The notes under the pieces are model-generated. The model did not search any database. It had not been told where the DNA came from and saw only the letters and a list, made by a program, of their open reading frames with translations. Positions 8,315 through 16,979 of a stretch of DNA of 32,000 nucleotides are shown here, one piece after another; position 1 is the stretch's first letter; each line of letters begins with the position of its first letter. The stretch spans positions 4,096 through 36,095 of the forward strand of contig NZ_JAYKGW010000258.1 in assembly GCF_035285525.1 (NCBI RefSeq), written 5' to 3'. Both the position numbers and the translations under genes were made by a program. This stretch comes from Okeania sp. Its GTDB lineage: Bacteria > Cyanobacteriota > Cyanobacteriia > Cyanobacteriales > Microcoleaceae.

Positions 8315-8839
8315 TAGTGGTTCCTCCTATATTTTGTTTTCCAAGAATTTAGTCAATGAGTAATAAGCCTTAACTTCGGGATAATATCTTTACCAGAATA
8401 ACTACTTTATTTTCTACTTTCTACTTTCTGTGTCATCAAATTAAGTAAAATACCTAACAGAAAACTCAGTTGGAAGTAAGCTACTGTCCCTTTTATGCTA
8501 TTCCCTCTATATGAGAAATATTGTGGGGCATATACAACTTTATAAGTGAAAACTGTCTTTTCTGACGTTATTTTTTCTGGTCAATCAATTATTTTGACCA
8601 GAAGCAGAAGATTCTCAATTATTTTTTTACTTCACCCTGAGTTAATAGCTTGATTGATTATACCAAAGATTGTATGGAAATTAACAAATACAGCAGATTT
8701 TAGATAAGGTAGGGAGTAGGGATTAGGGATTAGGGAGTCAACCCAAACCCACCCCTAACCCCGACCGTGGATGGGATTTAGGAGGAATAGGAGTTATAGA
8801 GGAGTAGGGACTTTTTCCGCCCTTGAGCAGTCCGTCAGG

Positions 8840-9020
8840 ATCAAGCATTTTTTTATGCAACGTCCCTACAAAAGAATTGTCTCTTAATTTTTCTGTCCTA
8901 CTGAGCCTTGTGTCCTAACTTTTTTAACATTTTTGAGCTTAAAGCTGGTACTTTTTTCCAATAAACAAGTTATTAAAACCTTTGTCATAAATGCTTTCAT
9001 CTTTATTCAGCAACCCCTAG
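8840..9020. mobile_element. Partial (right-half) copy of the ~225-250 bp MITE family.
   Basis: CTTAATTTTTCTGTCC ... GGTACTTTTTTCC ... TTATTCAGCAACCCCTAG matches the right half of 21403-21636. Confidence 0.6.
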
Positions 9021-9059
9021 TTAAAATTCCAAAGAAATAGTGAGTGAAGTTGCAGAGGA

Positions 9060-9218
9060 GGGACTCGGACAAATTATCTCTTGACTTTTCTGCCCCTACT
9101 TACCATAACACTAACTTTTTTTCGCTTCATAAGCTGAAAATATGGTACTTTTTTCGCTTCTTAAATTCTCAAACCTTTATCTATAAAAATGCTTTAATAT
9201 TTAATCAGCCAGCCCTAG
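9060..9218. mobile_element. Second tandem right-half copy of the ~225-250 bp MITE family. It ends 5 nt from the HAD stop codon.
   Basis: GGTACTTTTTTCGC ... TTTAATCAGCCAGCCCTAG. The track ORF 9044-9250 lies inside it and is judged spurious. Confidence 0.6.
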
Positions 9219-9222
9219 TTCG

Positions 9223-9957
9223 TCATATTATTTTAATTTCTTCTAACTGAGCGATCGCCACATCTGCTGACTGTAAATGTTTAGCTTCTGGTTTTCCCCA
9301 ACAAATACCGATACAACCTGCTGCTCCTGCTTTTCTTCCCATTTCTATATCTACAGGAGAATCTCCCACCATTAATGTCCTAACTGGTTTAACCCCTAAT
9401 TTCTGGCAAGCTTGTAAAAATAGTTCTGGTTGTGGTTTACTCCAACCATTATCAACCCCCATTTCTAGTTGGATATAATCGTTGAGTTGATAATATTTAA
9501 CGAAATCTTGTACTGCTATTGTACTATCCGCAGACAATATACCCAATTTTATACTTGCTTGTGAGAGATACTTTAAAACTTCTAGACTACCTTCAAACAG
9601 AGAACCTGGGTTAGACTGTAACAATATTTGGTCAGCTTCTGCAAAAGCCTCTTGGACAATATTCAAAGATTCTAACCAACCCCGTCCAGTTTCAGCAACG
9701 TAAGCTGCTGCTGCAATTTCATTTTCTCGTCTACTCCCAACCGCCATTAATCCTGTAGGATTAATATTATTGCCATCAATCCCGAAAGCCATTAATAAAG
9801 GTTCCCCTATTCCAGGGATTTTAGCATCAATAAGGCGAGAGCACTTTTGCCCCAAATTTCTTAAATCTTCTTGAGAGTCTTCTAGAGTACCATCTTTATC
9901 AAAAATAATTGCTTGAATATCTTTAAAGATTACACCTCGGCAGTTAATATCTACCAT
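9223..9957 (-). CDS. HAD-superfamily hydrolase (phosphatase-like).
   Basis: Motif I IFDKDGTL; motif IV MVGDSPVDIEMG. Confidence 0.85.
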   Translation of the reverse strand: MVDINCRGVIFKDIQAIIFDKDGTLEDSQEDLRNLGQKCSRLIDAKIPGIGEPLLMAFGIDGNNINPTGLMAVGSRRENEIAAAAYVAETGRGWLESLNIVQEAFAEADQILLQSNPGSLFEGSLEVLKYLSQASIKLGILSADSTIAVQDFVKYYQLNDYIQLEMGVDNGWSKPQPELFLQACQKLGVKPVRTLMVGDSPVDIEMGRKAGAAGCIGICWGKPEAKHLQSADVAIAQLEEIKII

Positions 9958-10078
9958 AGTTTTGTGTTTTTGTATAGAGTAAATAGATATATTTTTTTAT
10001 TTATATTTATGTATAGTTCATTAATCAAAAGCAGAATATAGGGAATAAATACCAGTCCTAGTCATTGTTGATTTATCT

Positions 10079-10437
10079 AGGAATTACGCAACAACTTTAT
10101 TTATATATAGCAGTAGGGTGCGTTACGCTTCGCGCTCCACACCCTACTGGATTGTTTCACCTAAAATAGTGCCAAGCGTAGGGGCGGGTTTGAGCCAGAA
10201 TTTTCATGGTTACTCCAAGATTTCTATAAACCCGCCCCCTAGGACAGTTGGCTATATCATTAGGGGGGTTCGCTAATCATCTGCGAACACTCGTTGTACC
10301 GACATTGCATAACAAAAATGCGTTTCATGTCGCGTAGCCAAACGTCCCTAGGCTCAAACCTGCCCCTACCCTGCCTTCCTAATGCACAGTTTTAGATGAA
10401 ATAGTCCACTACCAGTAGAGTTAATGCGTAATTCCTG
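10079..10437. mobile_element. ~360-bp composite palindromic element (TIR AGGAATTACGCA ... TGCGTAATTCCT) carrying nested GC-rich hairpins.
   Basis: The long arms are reverse complements (GGATTGTTTCACCTAAAATAGTGC vs GCACAGTTTTAGATGAAATAGTCC; GTAGGGGCGGGTTTGAGCC vs GGCTCAAACCTGCCCCTAC). The left arm carries an extra hairpin, CAGTAGGGTG...CACCCTACTG. An inner hairpin lies at 10178-10240. Confidence 0.7.
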
Positions 10438-10820
10438 TTATCATCTTTACCAACTAACTGTTCTAACTGCTCATTCCGATACTCTGCATTGCTAACAAAA
10501 GCTAACAATGCACAGTAATCTAATTACTGAGGGGGTATCTCCCAAAGTCTACAAAAAAACCTGTAGACGCTTTCAACACTTATGTCGCCTTGGTTATTAG
10601 CCTTCGCAGAAATTGAAATTACTTGACCATGCTAGAGGCAACTTATCAGTATAACGGTTACTTAGTGGCCTGGTTTCACACCACCAACTTTTCTGTTGAC
10701 TGCATCTTAACACAATTTGTATAAATTGATTCACTCAATTTATGTGAACTTATGTAAATCAACTTTAGCAAATCAATCACGAACAATTAACCCTATTTAT
10801 CTGCACCATAATTTTAGTTA

Positions 10821-11963
10821 TTAATTATCAGCAGGAGGTACTGATGTATCTGTACCTACCGTAGCTATTTCTGCTGTAGTATCCTCTTCTTGTTTAACTA
10901 CAGTTTCTGTCTCTTCCGGCGCTTCTACTGTTTCTGCTGTGGCCTCAACTTCTGGTGCTTCTGCTGTTTCAGTTGTGGCCTCAACTTCTGGCGCTTCTAC
11001 TGTCTCTGCTGTGGCCTCAACTTCAGCTGCTTCTACTGGTGTTTCTTCTATAGTCTCTCCTCGCTGGGCAGCCATCATTTTTTCCCTAAACTTAGCTGCC
11101 ATTTCCTCTGCCTGATCATATACCAATTGTGGATTTTTCACCATCGCCCCTGGTTCGGGTTCTAATTGTTTAGTTGACAAAGATATACGGCCTCTGTCAG
11201 CATCTAGATCAATGATCATAACTTTCAATTCATCATTGACCTTTAGTACAGCACTAGGAGTTTCGATATGGTCGTGGGAAATTTCTGATATGTGTAGTAA
11301 ACCACTTACACCACCAATATCTATAAAAGCTCCATAAGGCTTAATACCACGAACAGCACCTATCACTACTTCCCCTACCTCTAGACGGTTCATCTTCCGC
11401 TCAACCAAAGCACGACGATGACTTAAAACTAGACGATTACGCTCTTCATCTACTTCTAGAAATTTTAGAGGTAATTCTTCGTTGAGTAAATCTTCTTTTG
11501 GTTTGCGCGTACTAATATGTGAACCAGGAATAAATCCACGCAACCCTTCTATCCTAACTAGGGCACCACCACGGTTCGTCGCAAATACTTGGGAACGTAC
11601 AGTTGCATCTTCTGCTTGTAACTGTCGGACTCTTTCCCAGGCCCGCATATATTCTATCCGTCTAATGGACAAAGTTAATTGTCCATCTTCATTTTCATCT
11701 GTGAGGATAAAAAATTCTCTCGTTTCATTAGATTGTAGAACTTCTTCTGGATTTTCTACCCTATTAATTGACATTTCTTGGATAGGAATATAAGCAGCAG
11801 TTTTAGCTCCAATGTCAATTAATGCTCCCCTTGGTTCTAAACTAAATACAGTTCCTGCTACAATATCTCCAGGACTAAAGTGATAGTCATATTTATCTAG
11901 TAAAGCTGCAAAATCTTCGTGAGTAAAGCCTATTTCTTTGGTTGGTGTTTTCAAATTTATCAT
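10821..11963 (-). CDS. rpsA: 30S ribosomal protein S1 (Rps1a type) with a repetitive acidic C-terminal extension.
   Basis: Three S1 domains (GDIVAGTVFSLEPRGALIDIG; GALVRIEGLRGFIPGSH; GEVVIGAVRGIKPYGAFIDIGGVSGLLHISE). AAGGAGAG lies upstream of the ATG. Confidence 0.95.
   Translation of the reverse strand: MINLKTPTKEIGFTHEDFAALLDKYDYHFSPGDIVAGTVFSLEPRGALIDIGAKTAAYIPIQEMSINRVENPEEVLQSNETREFFILTDENEDGQLTLSIRRIEYMRAWERVRQLQAEDATVRSQVFATNRGGALVRIEGLRGFIPGSHISTRKPKEDLLNEELPLKFLEVDEERNRLVLSHRRALVERKMNRLEVGEVVIGAVRGIKPYGAFIDIGGVSGLLHISEISHDHIETPSAVLKVNDELKVMIIDLDADRGRISLSTKQLEPEPGAMVKNPQLVYDQAEEMAAKFREKMMAAQRGETIEETPVEAAEVEATAETVEAPEVEATTETAEAPEVEATAETVEAPEETETVVKQEEDTTAEIATVGTDTSVPPADN
10918..11025 (-). 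repeat. In-frame 36-bp x3 tandem repeat encoding the E/V/A/T-rich dodecapeptide repeat (PEVEATAETVEA variants) of the S1 tail.
   Basis: Units 10918-10953, 10954-10989 and 10990-11025 differ at only a few positions. A partial fourth unit follows. Confidence 0.9.
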
Positions 11964-12562
11964 GCGTGTATTTTCTTGGGATTTCTCTCCTTAATGTTTT
12001 TTTACTTGTCTTGATAGTTTTCCTAATTCATAAAACTACTGATATCAAACGTCATAATTAGCGACATTTTTAGCAATGGATAATTGATAATTGACAATTA
12101 GAGATAGTTTTCATTACCTATTATCAATAGAATAATATTTCTGCACTTGGTTTAATACTCTCGGTTTCAACCAGAGGTAATTATTAATGATTCTAGCTTA
12201 CAGGCAACAGCAAGACCTCCACAGACAGGAATTAACTATCAGGCCAACCGCATTTCTCTACTTATACTTTATTAAGTTACATGCGAGAAGAAGATGTGAG
12301 ACAAAACTTTCCAAAAAACTATGATTTCTGAGAAAAACCTATTTTTTTGTATAATTTAGGTAAGCAACAATTTATTTCCCAGCCGTTAGAATTACTGTAG
12401 TTAATACTCCTTAATCAGTCAAGGCTTTAGTATTTACTTCATTTTTTTGACTCTAATTTGGAGCTGGACTTACAACTTACCTAGAATGTTTATGTACTCT
12501 TAGATAGAAAAAATGTGCTTAAAAGGAGTAATTGTCTCTATTCCTACAGAAATCAAATATTC

Positions 12563-12590
12563 TTGAGGTCAATTAATTAATTGACCTCAA
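12563..12590. terminator. Perfect 28-bp palindrome TTGAGGTCAATTAA|TTAATTGACCTCAA; a bidirectional terminator or an operator candidate.
   Basis: Read directly. On the minus strand it is followed by GAATATTTGATTTC. It lies between nrdR and the rpsA upstream region. Confidence 0.45.
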
Positions 12591-12599
12591 AACATAAGG

Positions 12600-12900
12600 T
12601 CATACAAAAATTGGGACATTGTTGCATCCATTCTGTAGAAAATGCGTAAAGTTGGCCTCGCCCAGTTATTTTAGCTTTTTCAGATCGACACACTGGCTTT
12701 TCAAATCTCTTTACCTGTTTAATGCCGAACCACAGAAGCTCAGGACTAGCTGCGCATCCCAAGGTGTTATGACCGATCAGGACGTTTACTTAAAAAAAGT
12801 GGGCTGGACTAACCATGTAAGCTACTTGAGCGCTTTAATTAGATTTGTGGTTAGTCTAGCAAGGTCTATATATCATTCGGTAAAATAGAAATTTCACCGA
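12600..12900 (+). ncRNA. Candidate structured RNA of unknown family. The patch is locally GC-richer and has no credible ORF.
   Basis: A 12-bp stem joins GCTGGACTAACC (12803-12814) and GGTTAGTCTAGC (12849-12860). It contains one G-U pair that is only valid on the plus strand. Further pairing: GGTCATA/TATGACC plus TTGGG/CCCAA between about 12598-12615 and about 12758-12774. Both ORFs overlapping this region look non-protein-like. Confidence 0.25.
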
Positions 12901-13015
12901 GTCAAGCCAAGTTCCTAATCTCTTATTATGATTCAAAACACTTTATTTTACCATACCCAGAGTTTTTTAATTTGTTATAATATTTAGGCTTGACTTTCTC
13001 TTGTCAAATTTAATA

Positions 13016-13567
13016 CTAAGTTGTACAAGAAACTGGTGTTTCACAATCAGGAGTATCTTCTTGTAGAGAAATGTCCGAACTTTCTGGCCAAGTCTTGGGA
13101 AACTCTAAATTATCTTTTTGATTTTGTAGATCGTTTAAAGTATCTACGAAATCCCGAATACCTTGAAATTTACGATAAACAGAGGCGAATCGAATATAGG
13201 CTACTTCACTAATACCACTTAATTTACTCAGAACAATTTCACCAATTTCGGCACTGGTAATTTCTCTCTGAGATCTACCTTGTAATTCAATCTCTATTTC
13301 ATTCACAATAGCTTCAAGCTGACTAACTTCGATACCAGTCTTTTCACAGGAACGGATAATACCTCGAAGCAATTTCGATTTGTCGAAAGACTCTTTTTGA
13401 TTATCCCTTTTAATTACTGTTACTGTTACAAACTCAATTCTTTCATAAGTCGTGAAACGATGTTGACAGTTCATACATTCTCGCCGACGTCGAATACTTT
13501 TACCAGATTCAGCGGAACGGGACTCTAAAACACGACTATTTGTGTGTTGACAAATTGGACATAGCAT
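13016..13567 (-). CDS. nrdR: Transcriptional repressor NrdR (zinc ribbon plus ATP-cone).
   Basis: [17 protein letters not shown]...[20 protein letters not shown] is the canonical NrdR N-terminus. Confidence 0.93.
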   Translation of the reverse strand: MLCPICQHTNSRVLESRSAESGKSIRRRRECMNCQHRFTTYERIEFVTVTVIKRDNQKESFDKSKLLRGIIRSCEKTGIEVSQLEAIVNEIEIELQGRSQREITSAEIGEIVLSKLSGISEVAYIRFASVYRKFQGIRDFVDTLNDLQNQKDNLEFPKTWPESSDISLQEDTPDCETPVSCTT

Positions 13568-13645
13568 ACTTTATATTTTTTATACATAAATAAATAATTT
13601 TGTCTAATCCAGGGAAATGGTTACTTGTGATTAATTATTAGGTTA

Positions 13646-13674
13646 TGAGTGCTGGATTAAGAACTCAGCACTCA
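13646..13674 (-). terminator. Hairpin downstream of psbT (TGAGTGCTG...CAGCACTCA).
   Basis: 9-bp stem about 50 nt after the psbT stop. The trailing U-tract is weak. Confidence 0.35.
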
Positions 13675-13723
13675 CAACTTATCAACAAGGTAATTTTTGA
13701 GATAGGAAGTTCATCAAAAATGA

Positions 13724-13819
13724 TTATTTTCCAATCCTAGGTGGATCGCGGAAGGCGATCGCGAAAAATATTACACCTAAAGACAAAGCCAATACCAATA
13801 TATATGCTGTACTTTCCAT
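13724..13819 (-). CDS. psbT: Photosystem II reaction centre protein T (31 aa).
   Basis: Manual translation of the minus strand gives MESTAYILVLALSLGVIFFAIAFRDPPRIGK*. The FFAI.FR.PP signature and the position directly downstream of psbB are typical. It is too short for the ORF track. Confidence 0.9.
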   Translation of the reverse strand: MESTAYILVLALSLGVIFFAIAFRDPPRIGK

Positions 13820-13874
13820 ATAAATAATTTCCTGACAATCCAGTTCTCTATCAGTTTACCAGTTCATTGTAAAT

Positions 13875-13928
13875 AAAAGTCCAACGAAAATACTTTGTAA
13901 CTTTTTTCAAAGTAATCGTTGGACTTTT
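13875..13928 (-). terminator. Long hairpin between psbB and psbT (AAAAGTCCAACGA...TCGTTGGACTTTT), U-rich on both strands.
   Basis: 13-bp outer stem plus an inner TACTTTG/CAAAGTA stem. On the minus strand it is followed by UUUUAUUUAC. Candidate attenuator or mRNA-stability element. Confidence 0.5.
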
Positions 13929-14000
13929 ATCAAATTTTAATATTTCTTAAGATACCAAGATAGCTGTTTTGGCCAAATTTTAGTACCTGTTTTGTTAAAT

Positions 14001-15521
14001 TTATTCCCTACGGGTACTCAAGTCACCCACTTTCTGGAATAAACCAAATTCTACTTGTTCTTCTAGATCTGGGTCAATACCTGCAAATACATCGCGGAAC
14101 AAAGTCCGGCATCCGTGCCAAATATGACCAAAGAAGAATAGAAGAGCGAAACAAGCGTGACCATAAGTAAACCAACCGCGAGTGCTAGTCCGGAATACAC
14201 CGTCAGAACCTAGAGTTTCTTGGTCAAAATCAAAAGGTTGGCCACCTTGAGCTTTACGAGCATACTTCTTAACATCTATAGAGTTAGTAAATGTTTGACC
14301 ATCAAGTTCACCACCGAAGAAACTAACAGTTACACCCTGAGCTTCAAAACTATATTTTGATTCTGAACGACGGAAAGGAATATCTGCCTTAACTACACCT
14401 TCAGCATTAGTCAAAACTACTGGGAAAGTTTCAAAGAAGTTAGGTAAGCGGCGTACAAATAATTCCTCACCATCTTTATCTGTAAATACAGGATGTCCAA
14501 GCCAACCTTCTGCTAGACCATCACCATTGTTCATTGGACCAACCCGGAATAGACCACCTTTAGCGGGACTATTACCAACGTAGTCATAAAAAGCTAATTT
14601 TTCAGGGATAGTCAACCAAGCTTCAGAATCAGTTTTCCCTGCTGCTACCTGAGCTTGAACACGACGCTCAATTTCTTGTTGGAAGTAACCACTATCCCAC
14701 TGATAACGAGTTGGGCCAAAAAGTTCGATGGGAGTAGCAGCACTGCCATACCACATTGTGCCAGCTACCACAAAAGCTGCAAAGAAAACTGCTGCGATAC
14801 TGCTAGAGAGAACTGTTTCAATATTACCCATCCGTAAAGCTCTGTAGAGACGTTCTGGAGGTCTTACTGATAGGTGGAATAAACCAGCAATAATTCCGAC
14901 AATACCAGCAGCAATATGGTGAGCTACGATTCCACCCGCATTAAATGGGTTAAAACCTTCTGGTCCCCACGATGGTGCTACTGGTTGGATCGAACCCGTT
15001 AGTCCATAAGGATCTGATACCCACATTCCCGGACCAAATACTCCGGTCAAATGGAAAGCCCCAAAACCAAAGCAAAGTAAACCAGATAAGAATAGGTGAA
15101 TACCAAACATTTTTGGTAGGTCTAAAGCAGGGTCTCCTGTACGTTCGTCAAAGAATAAATCTAAGTCCCAGAAAACCCAGTGCCATACAGCAGCTAGGAA
15201 TAATAAACCAGAAAGAACGATGTGAGCTGCTGCTACACCTTCAAAAGACCAGAAACCAACGTTGGAAGCTACTTCTCCTGTAACACTCCAGCCACCCCAA
15301 GATTGGGTAACGCCTAAACGGGCCATGAATGGCATAACGAACATTCCTTGGCGCCACATTGGGTTGAGGACTGGATCGCTAGGATCAAAAACTGCTAGTT
15401 CATAAAGGGCCATTGAGCCTGCCCAACCTGCTACTAGAGCAGTGTGCATTAAATGCACGGATATTAGTCGTCCTGGATCGTTCAGAACAACTGTATGTAC
15501 ACGATACCAAGGTAGTCCCAT
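14001..15521 (-). CDS. psbB: Photosystem II CP47 chlorophyll apoprotein.
   Basis: [35 protein letters not shown] and the rest of the protein are unmistakably CP47. AAGAGGAGGAG lies upstream. Confidence 0.98.
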   Translation of the reverse strand: MGLPWYRVHTVVLNDPGRLISVHLMHTALVAGWAGSMALYELAVFDPSDPVLNPMWRQGMFVMPFMARLGVTQSWGGWSVTGEVASNVGFWSFEGVAAAHIVLSGLLFLAAVWHWVFWDLDLFFDERTGDPALDLPKMFGIHLFLSGLLCFGFGAFHLTGVFGPGMWVSDPYGLTGSIQPVAPSWGPEGFNPFNAGGIVAHHIAAGIVGIIAGLFHLSVRPPERLYRALRMGNIETVLSSSIAAVFFAAFVVAGTMWYGSAATPIELFGPTRYQWDSGYFQQEIERRVQAQVAAGKTDSEAWLTIPEKLAFYDYVGNSPAKGGLFRVGPMNNGDGLAEGWLGHPVFTDKDGEELFVRRLPNFFETFPVVLTNAEGVVKADIPFRRSESKYSFEAQGVTVSFFGGELDGQTFTNSIDVKKYARKAQGGQPFDFDQETLGSDGVFRTSTRGWFTYGHACFALLFFFGHIWHGCRTLFRDVFAGIDPDLEEQVEFGLFQKVGDLSTRRE

Positions 15522-15721
15522 TGACTACGCTCCTCCTCTTAGTAATAAGTATTGTGAAAGTTTTTTTCTTTTGCTTGTTATGCCGACTTGGCAATTTGTC
15601 CTGTCATTGGTATAATCTTCGAGATTATTTCGGACAAAGTGGCCAAATATACCAAATGAAGGCATAAAAATTAAAACTATTTCAAGAATTGTATAGAGTT
15701 TTAATGTTAATAGCAAGTTAT

Positions 15722-15849
15722 TTCAGTTATCAGTTATTCGTTATTAGTTATCAGTAGAGAGTGAACCTCCGACTAAACTCGGAGGCTTGAAATACTGAGT
15801 TAAAATTTTTTCATCCCCGAACAAGGGGGGCTTTATACCTCTTTTTTTT
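15722..15849 (+). mobile_element. ~105-130 bp hairpin MITE with a CAGTTAT heptamer tail, about 200 nt upstream of psbB.
   Basis: The reverse complement matches 17794-17898 along its length (GATGAAAAAATTTTAACTCAGTATTT shared). Internal hairpins: CCTCCGA/TCGGAGG (15766-15785) and CCCC/GGGG (15815-15828). Confidence 0.8.
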
Positions 15850-15875
15850 GGTAAGGAAAGTAAATGAGTCTATAG

Positions 15876-16057
15876 CCCTCAGCTATCAGCAATAAGACTC
15901 TATCATGTTTAAGGATAGGTTTTAAGTGAATATAGACTTTAGAGCTGACTTTTATAGTAAAATTTTTCGTTTCTCAATTAAATATTGCTTTGATCGCTCA
16001 CTAAAAGCAATAGCTGATAGGTGATGGCTGAGGGCTGTTTGCGCAGCATTCCGCAGG
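15876..16057. repeat. Copy 3 of the ~170-190 bp dispersed element, bounded by GCCCTCAGCTATCAGC / GCTGATAGGTGATGGCTGAGGGC.
   Basis: Inverted SDR modules at both ends, followed by CTGTTTGCGCAGCATTCCGCAGGAAATGCTTAC. Confidence 0.7.
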
Positions 16058-16173
16058 AAATGCTTACTTATGGTTTATGAGAATTGGTATTATCTAAACC
16101 TTATTCTGCTATGATTAACTTCTAACATTTTATTGATTTTTACTTTTTTGAAATTATACTTTTGACTGCTGGA

Positions 16174-16497
16174 TTAAATTTCTTGGTTAGTTTGACAAAT
16201 AGCTGAGGTACTGGAAAGATATTCCAAGACTTTTTCAGCATTAATTAAGCGAGTTAAGACAACATTGCCAATATTTTGATTAGGTGCAGACTGTTTAACT
16301 TCAATAGTAGGATAAATCTCTATCATTAATACTGCATCTTCGACTTGATGAAGCCACATTTGTTCGTTTTTATCCCATAAACAGATTGACATTTTTTTTA
16401 TATCTGGCGTTCGTCTCCAGGCAGTTTCATTCCACAAACCACCTACTGTCCATATTTGACCTATTGCCCATCCCTCTGATAAGAAAAAGTATTTCAC
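16174..16497 (-). CDS. Hypothetical protein, 107 aa (GTG start).
   Basis: ORF with protein-like composition (FFLSEGWAIGQIWTVGGLWNETAWRR). No family recognised. Confidence 0.6.
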   Translation of the reverse strand: MKYFFLSEGWAIGQIWTVGGLWNETAWRRTPDIKKMSICLWDKNEQMWLHQVEDAVLMIEIYPTIEVKQSAPNQNIGNVVLTRLINAEKVLEYLSSTSAICQTNQEI

Positions 16498-16577
16498 AGA
16501 TTTTAATAAGGTTAACTAAATTTATTGAAAAGTTTATCAGAAATAAGAGTATGGATAATTAATAATTAATAATTAAA

Positions 16578-16700
16578 GAAATAGCAATCCTAAAATTAGG
16601 TTGTAACAATTCAAAAACTGGAAATAAATTCGGAAAATATTACCTATTGCTGATTACTTATTGCCTCCATACCCAAAAGCAATAAGATTGCTATACATTC
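16578..16700. repeat. R1, first copy of a ~120-bp direct repeat containing a conserved hairpin.
   Basis: Aligns with 16833-16955 along its whole length. Hairpin arms CTTATTGC (16657-16664) and GCAATAAG (16679-16686). Confidence 0.85.
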
Positions 16701-16832
16701 TATGTCAAAAAAAATCAACTAAACTATTGAGTGGAAAAGCTGAAAGTTTAATTTTATTTGATGGAGTTATTTGGATTTTTATTTATGTTTGGTAAATAAG
16801 CCATCACCATTTTTTTTGACTTGAAATATACA

Positions 16833-16955
16833 AAGATAGCCATCCTAAAATAGGTTGCAACAATTCAAAAACTATAAATAAATTCCGAAAATATTACCTA
16901 TTGCCCATTGCTTATTGGCTCCATACCGAAAACCAATAATATTTTTATACACAAA
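16833..16955. repeat. R2, second copy of the ~120-bp direct repeat.
   Basis: Hairpin arms TTATTGG (16912-16918) and CCAATAA (16933-16939); the closing C-G pair of R1 is replaced by G-C. A partial third copy (AGCAATCCTAAATTGGTTGTGACAAAATTC) lies at about 23356-23386. Confidence 0.85.
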
Positions 16956-16979
16956 TAAAAAAAGGATTACTATATACAA

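Noticed and set aside
8315-8700. Possible SAM riboswitch in the metK leader.
   Set aside because: I could not recognise any SAM-riboswitch consensus. The only hairpin (CTGGTCAA...TTGACCAG, 8577-8601) lacks a U-tract in either direction.
9044-9250. 68-aa track ORF between metK and the HAD gene.
   Set aside because: It lies inside a MITE half-copy and overlaps the HAD 3' end. The same sequence recurs as non-coding repeat elsewhere.
10440-10720. Short adjacent reading frames (MSPWLLAFAEIEIT / TMLEATYQYNGYLVAWFHTTNFSVDCILTQFV) downstream of rpsA, possibly a decayed gene.
   Set aside because: Too short and unrecognisable, with no family signature. It cannot be distinguished from chance.
10890-11793. 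Track ORFs 10890-11165 (+) and 11482-11793 (+), antisense to rpsA.
   Set aside because: Shadow ORFs. The first is simply the antisense reading of the 36-bp repeat and is Cys/Phe-rich.
11964-12300. Possible Cyano-S1-type leader motif upstream of rpsA.
   Set aside because: Such a motif is known to exist upstream of cyanobacterial rpsA, but I cannot recall or verify its consensus by eye. Only a weak hairpin (CTCTGGTT...AACCGAGAG, about 12160-12180) was seen. A covariance-model scan is needed.
12577-12888. Track ORFs 12577-12762 (-) and 12619-12888 (+).
   Set aside because: Mutually overlapping, with implausible composition and no RBS. The region is treated instead as a possible RNA or a gene remnant.
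13021-13212. Track ORF antisense to nrdR.
   Set aside because: Shadow ORF inside a conserved gene.
14655-15716. Track ORFs 14655-14837, 14972-15283, 15400-15594, 15413-15667 and 15525-15716, within or overlapping psbB and its leader.
   Set aside because: They are antisense or out of frame to CP47, or lie in the AT-rich leader. No protein-like features.
16585-16620. CAATCCTAAAATTAGGTTGTAACAATTCAAAAAC looked superficially like a cyanobacterial CRISPR repeat read in reverse.
   Set aside because: There are only two full copies, about 255 bp apart, with homology extending about 120 bp. There are no regular repeat-spacer periodicity and no cas genes.
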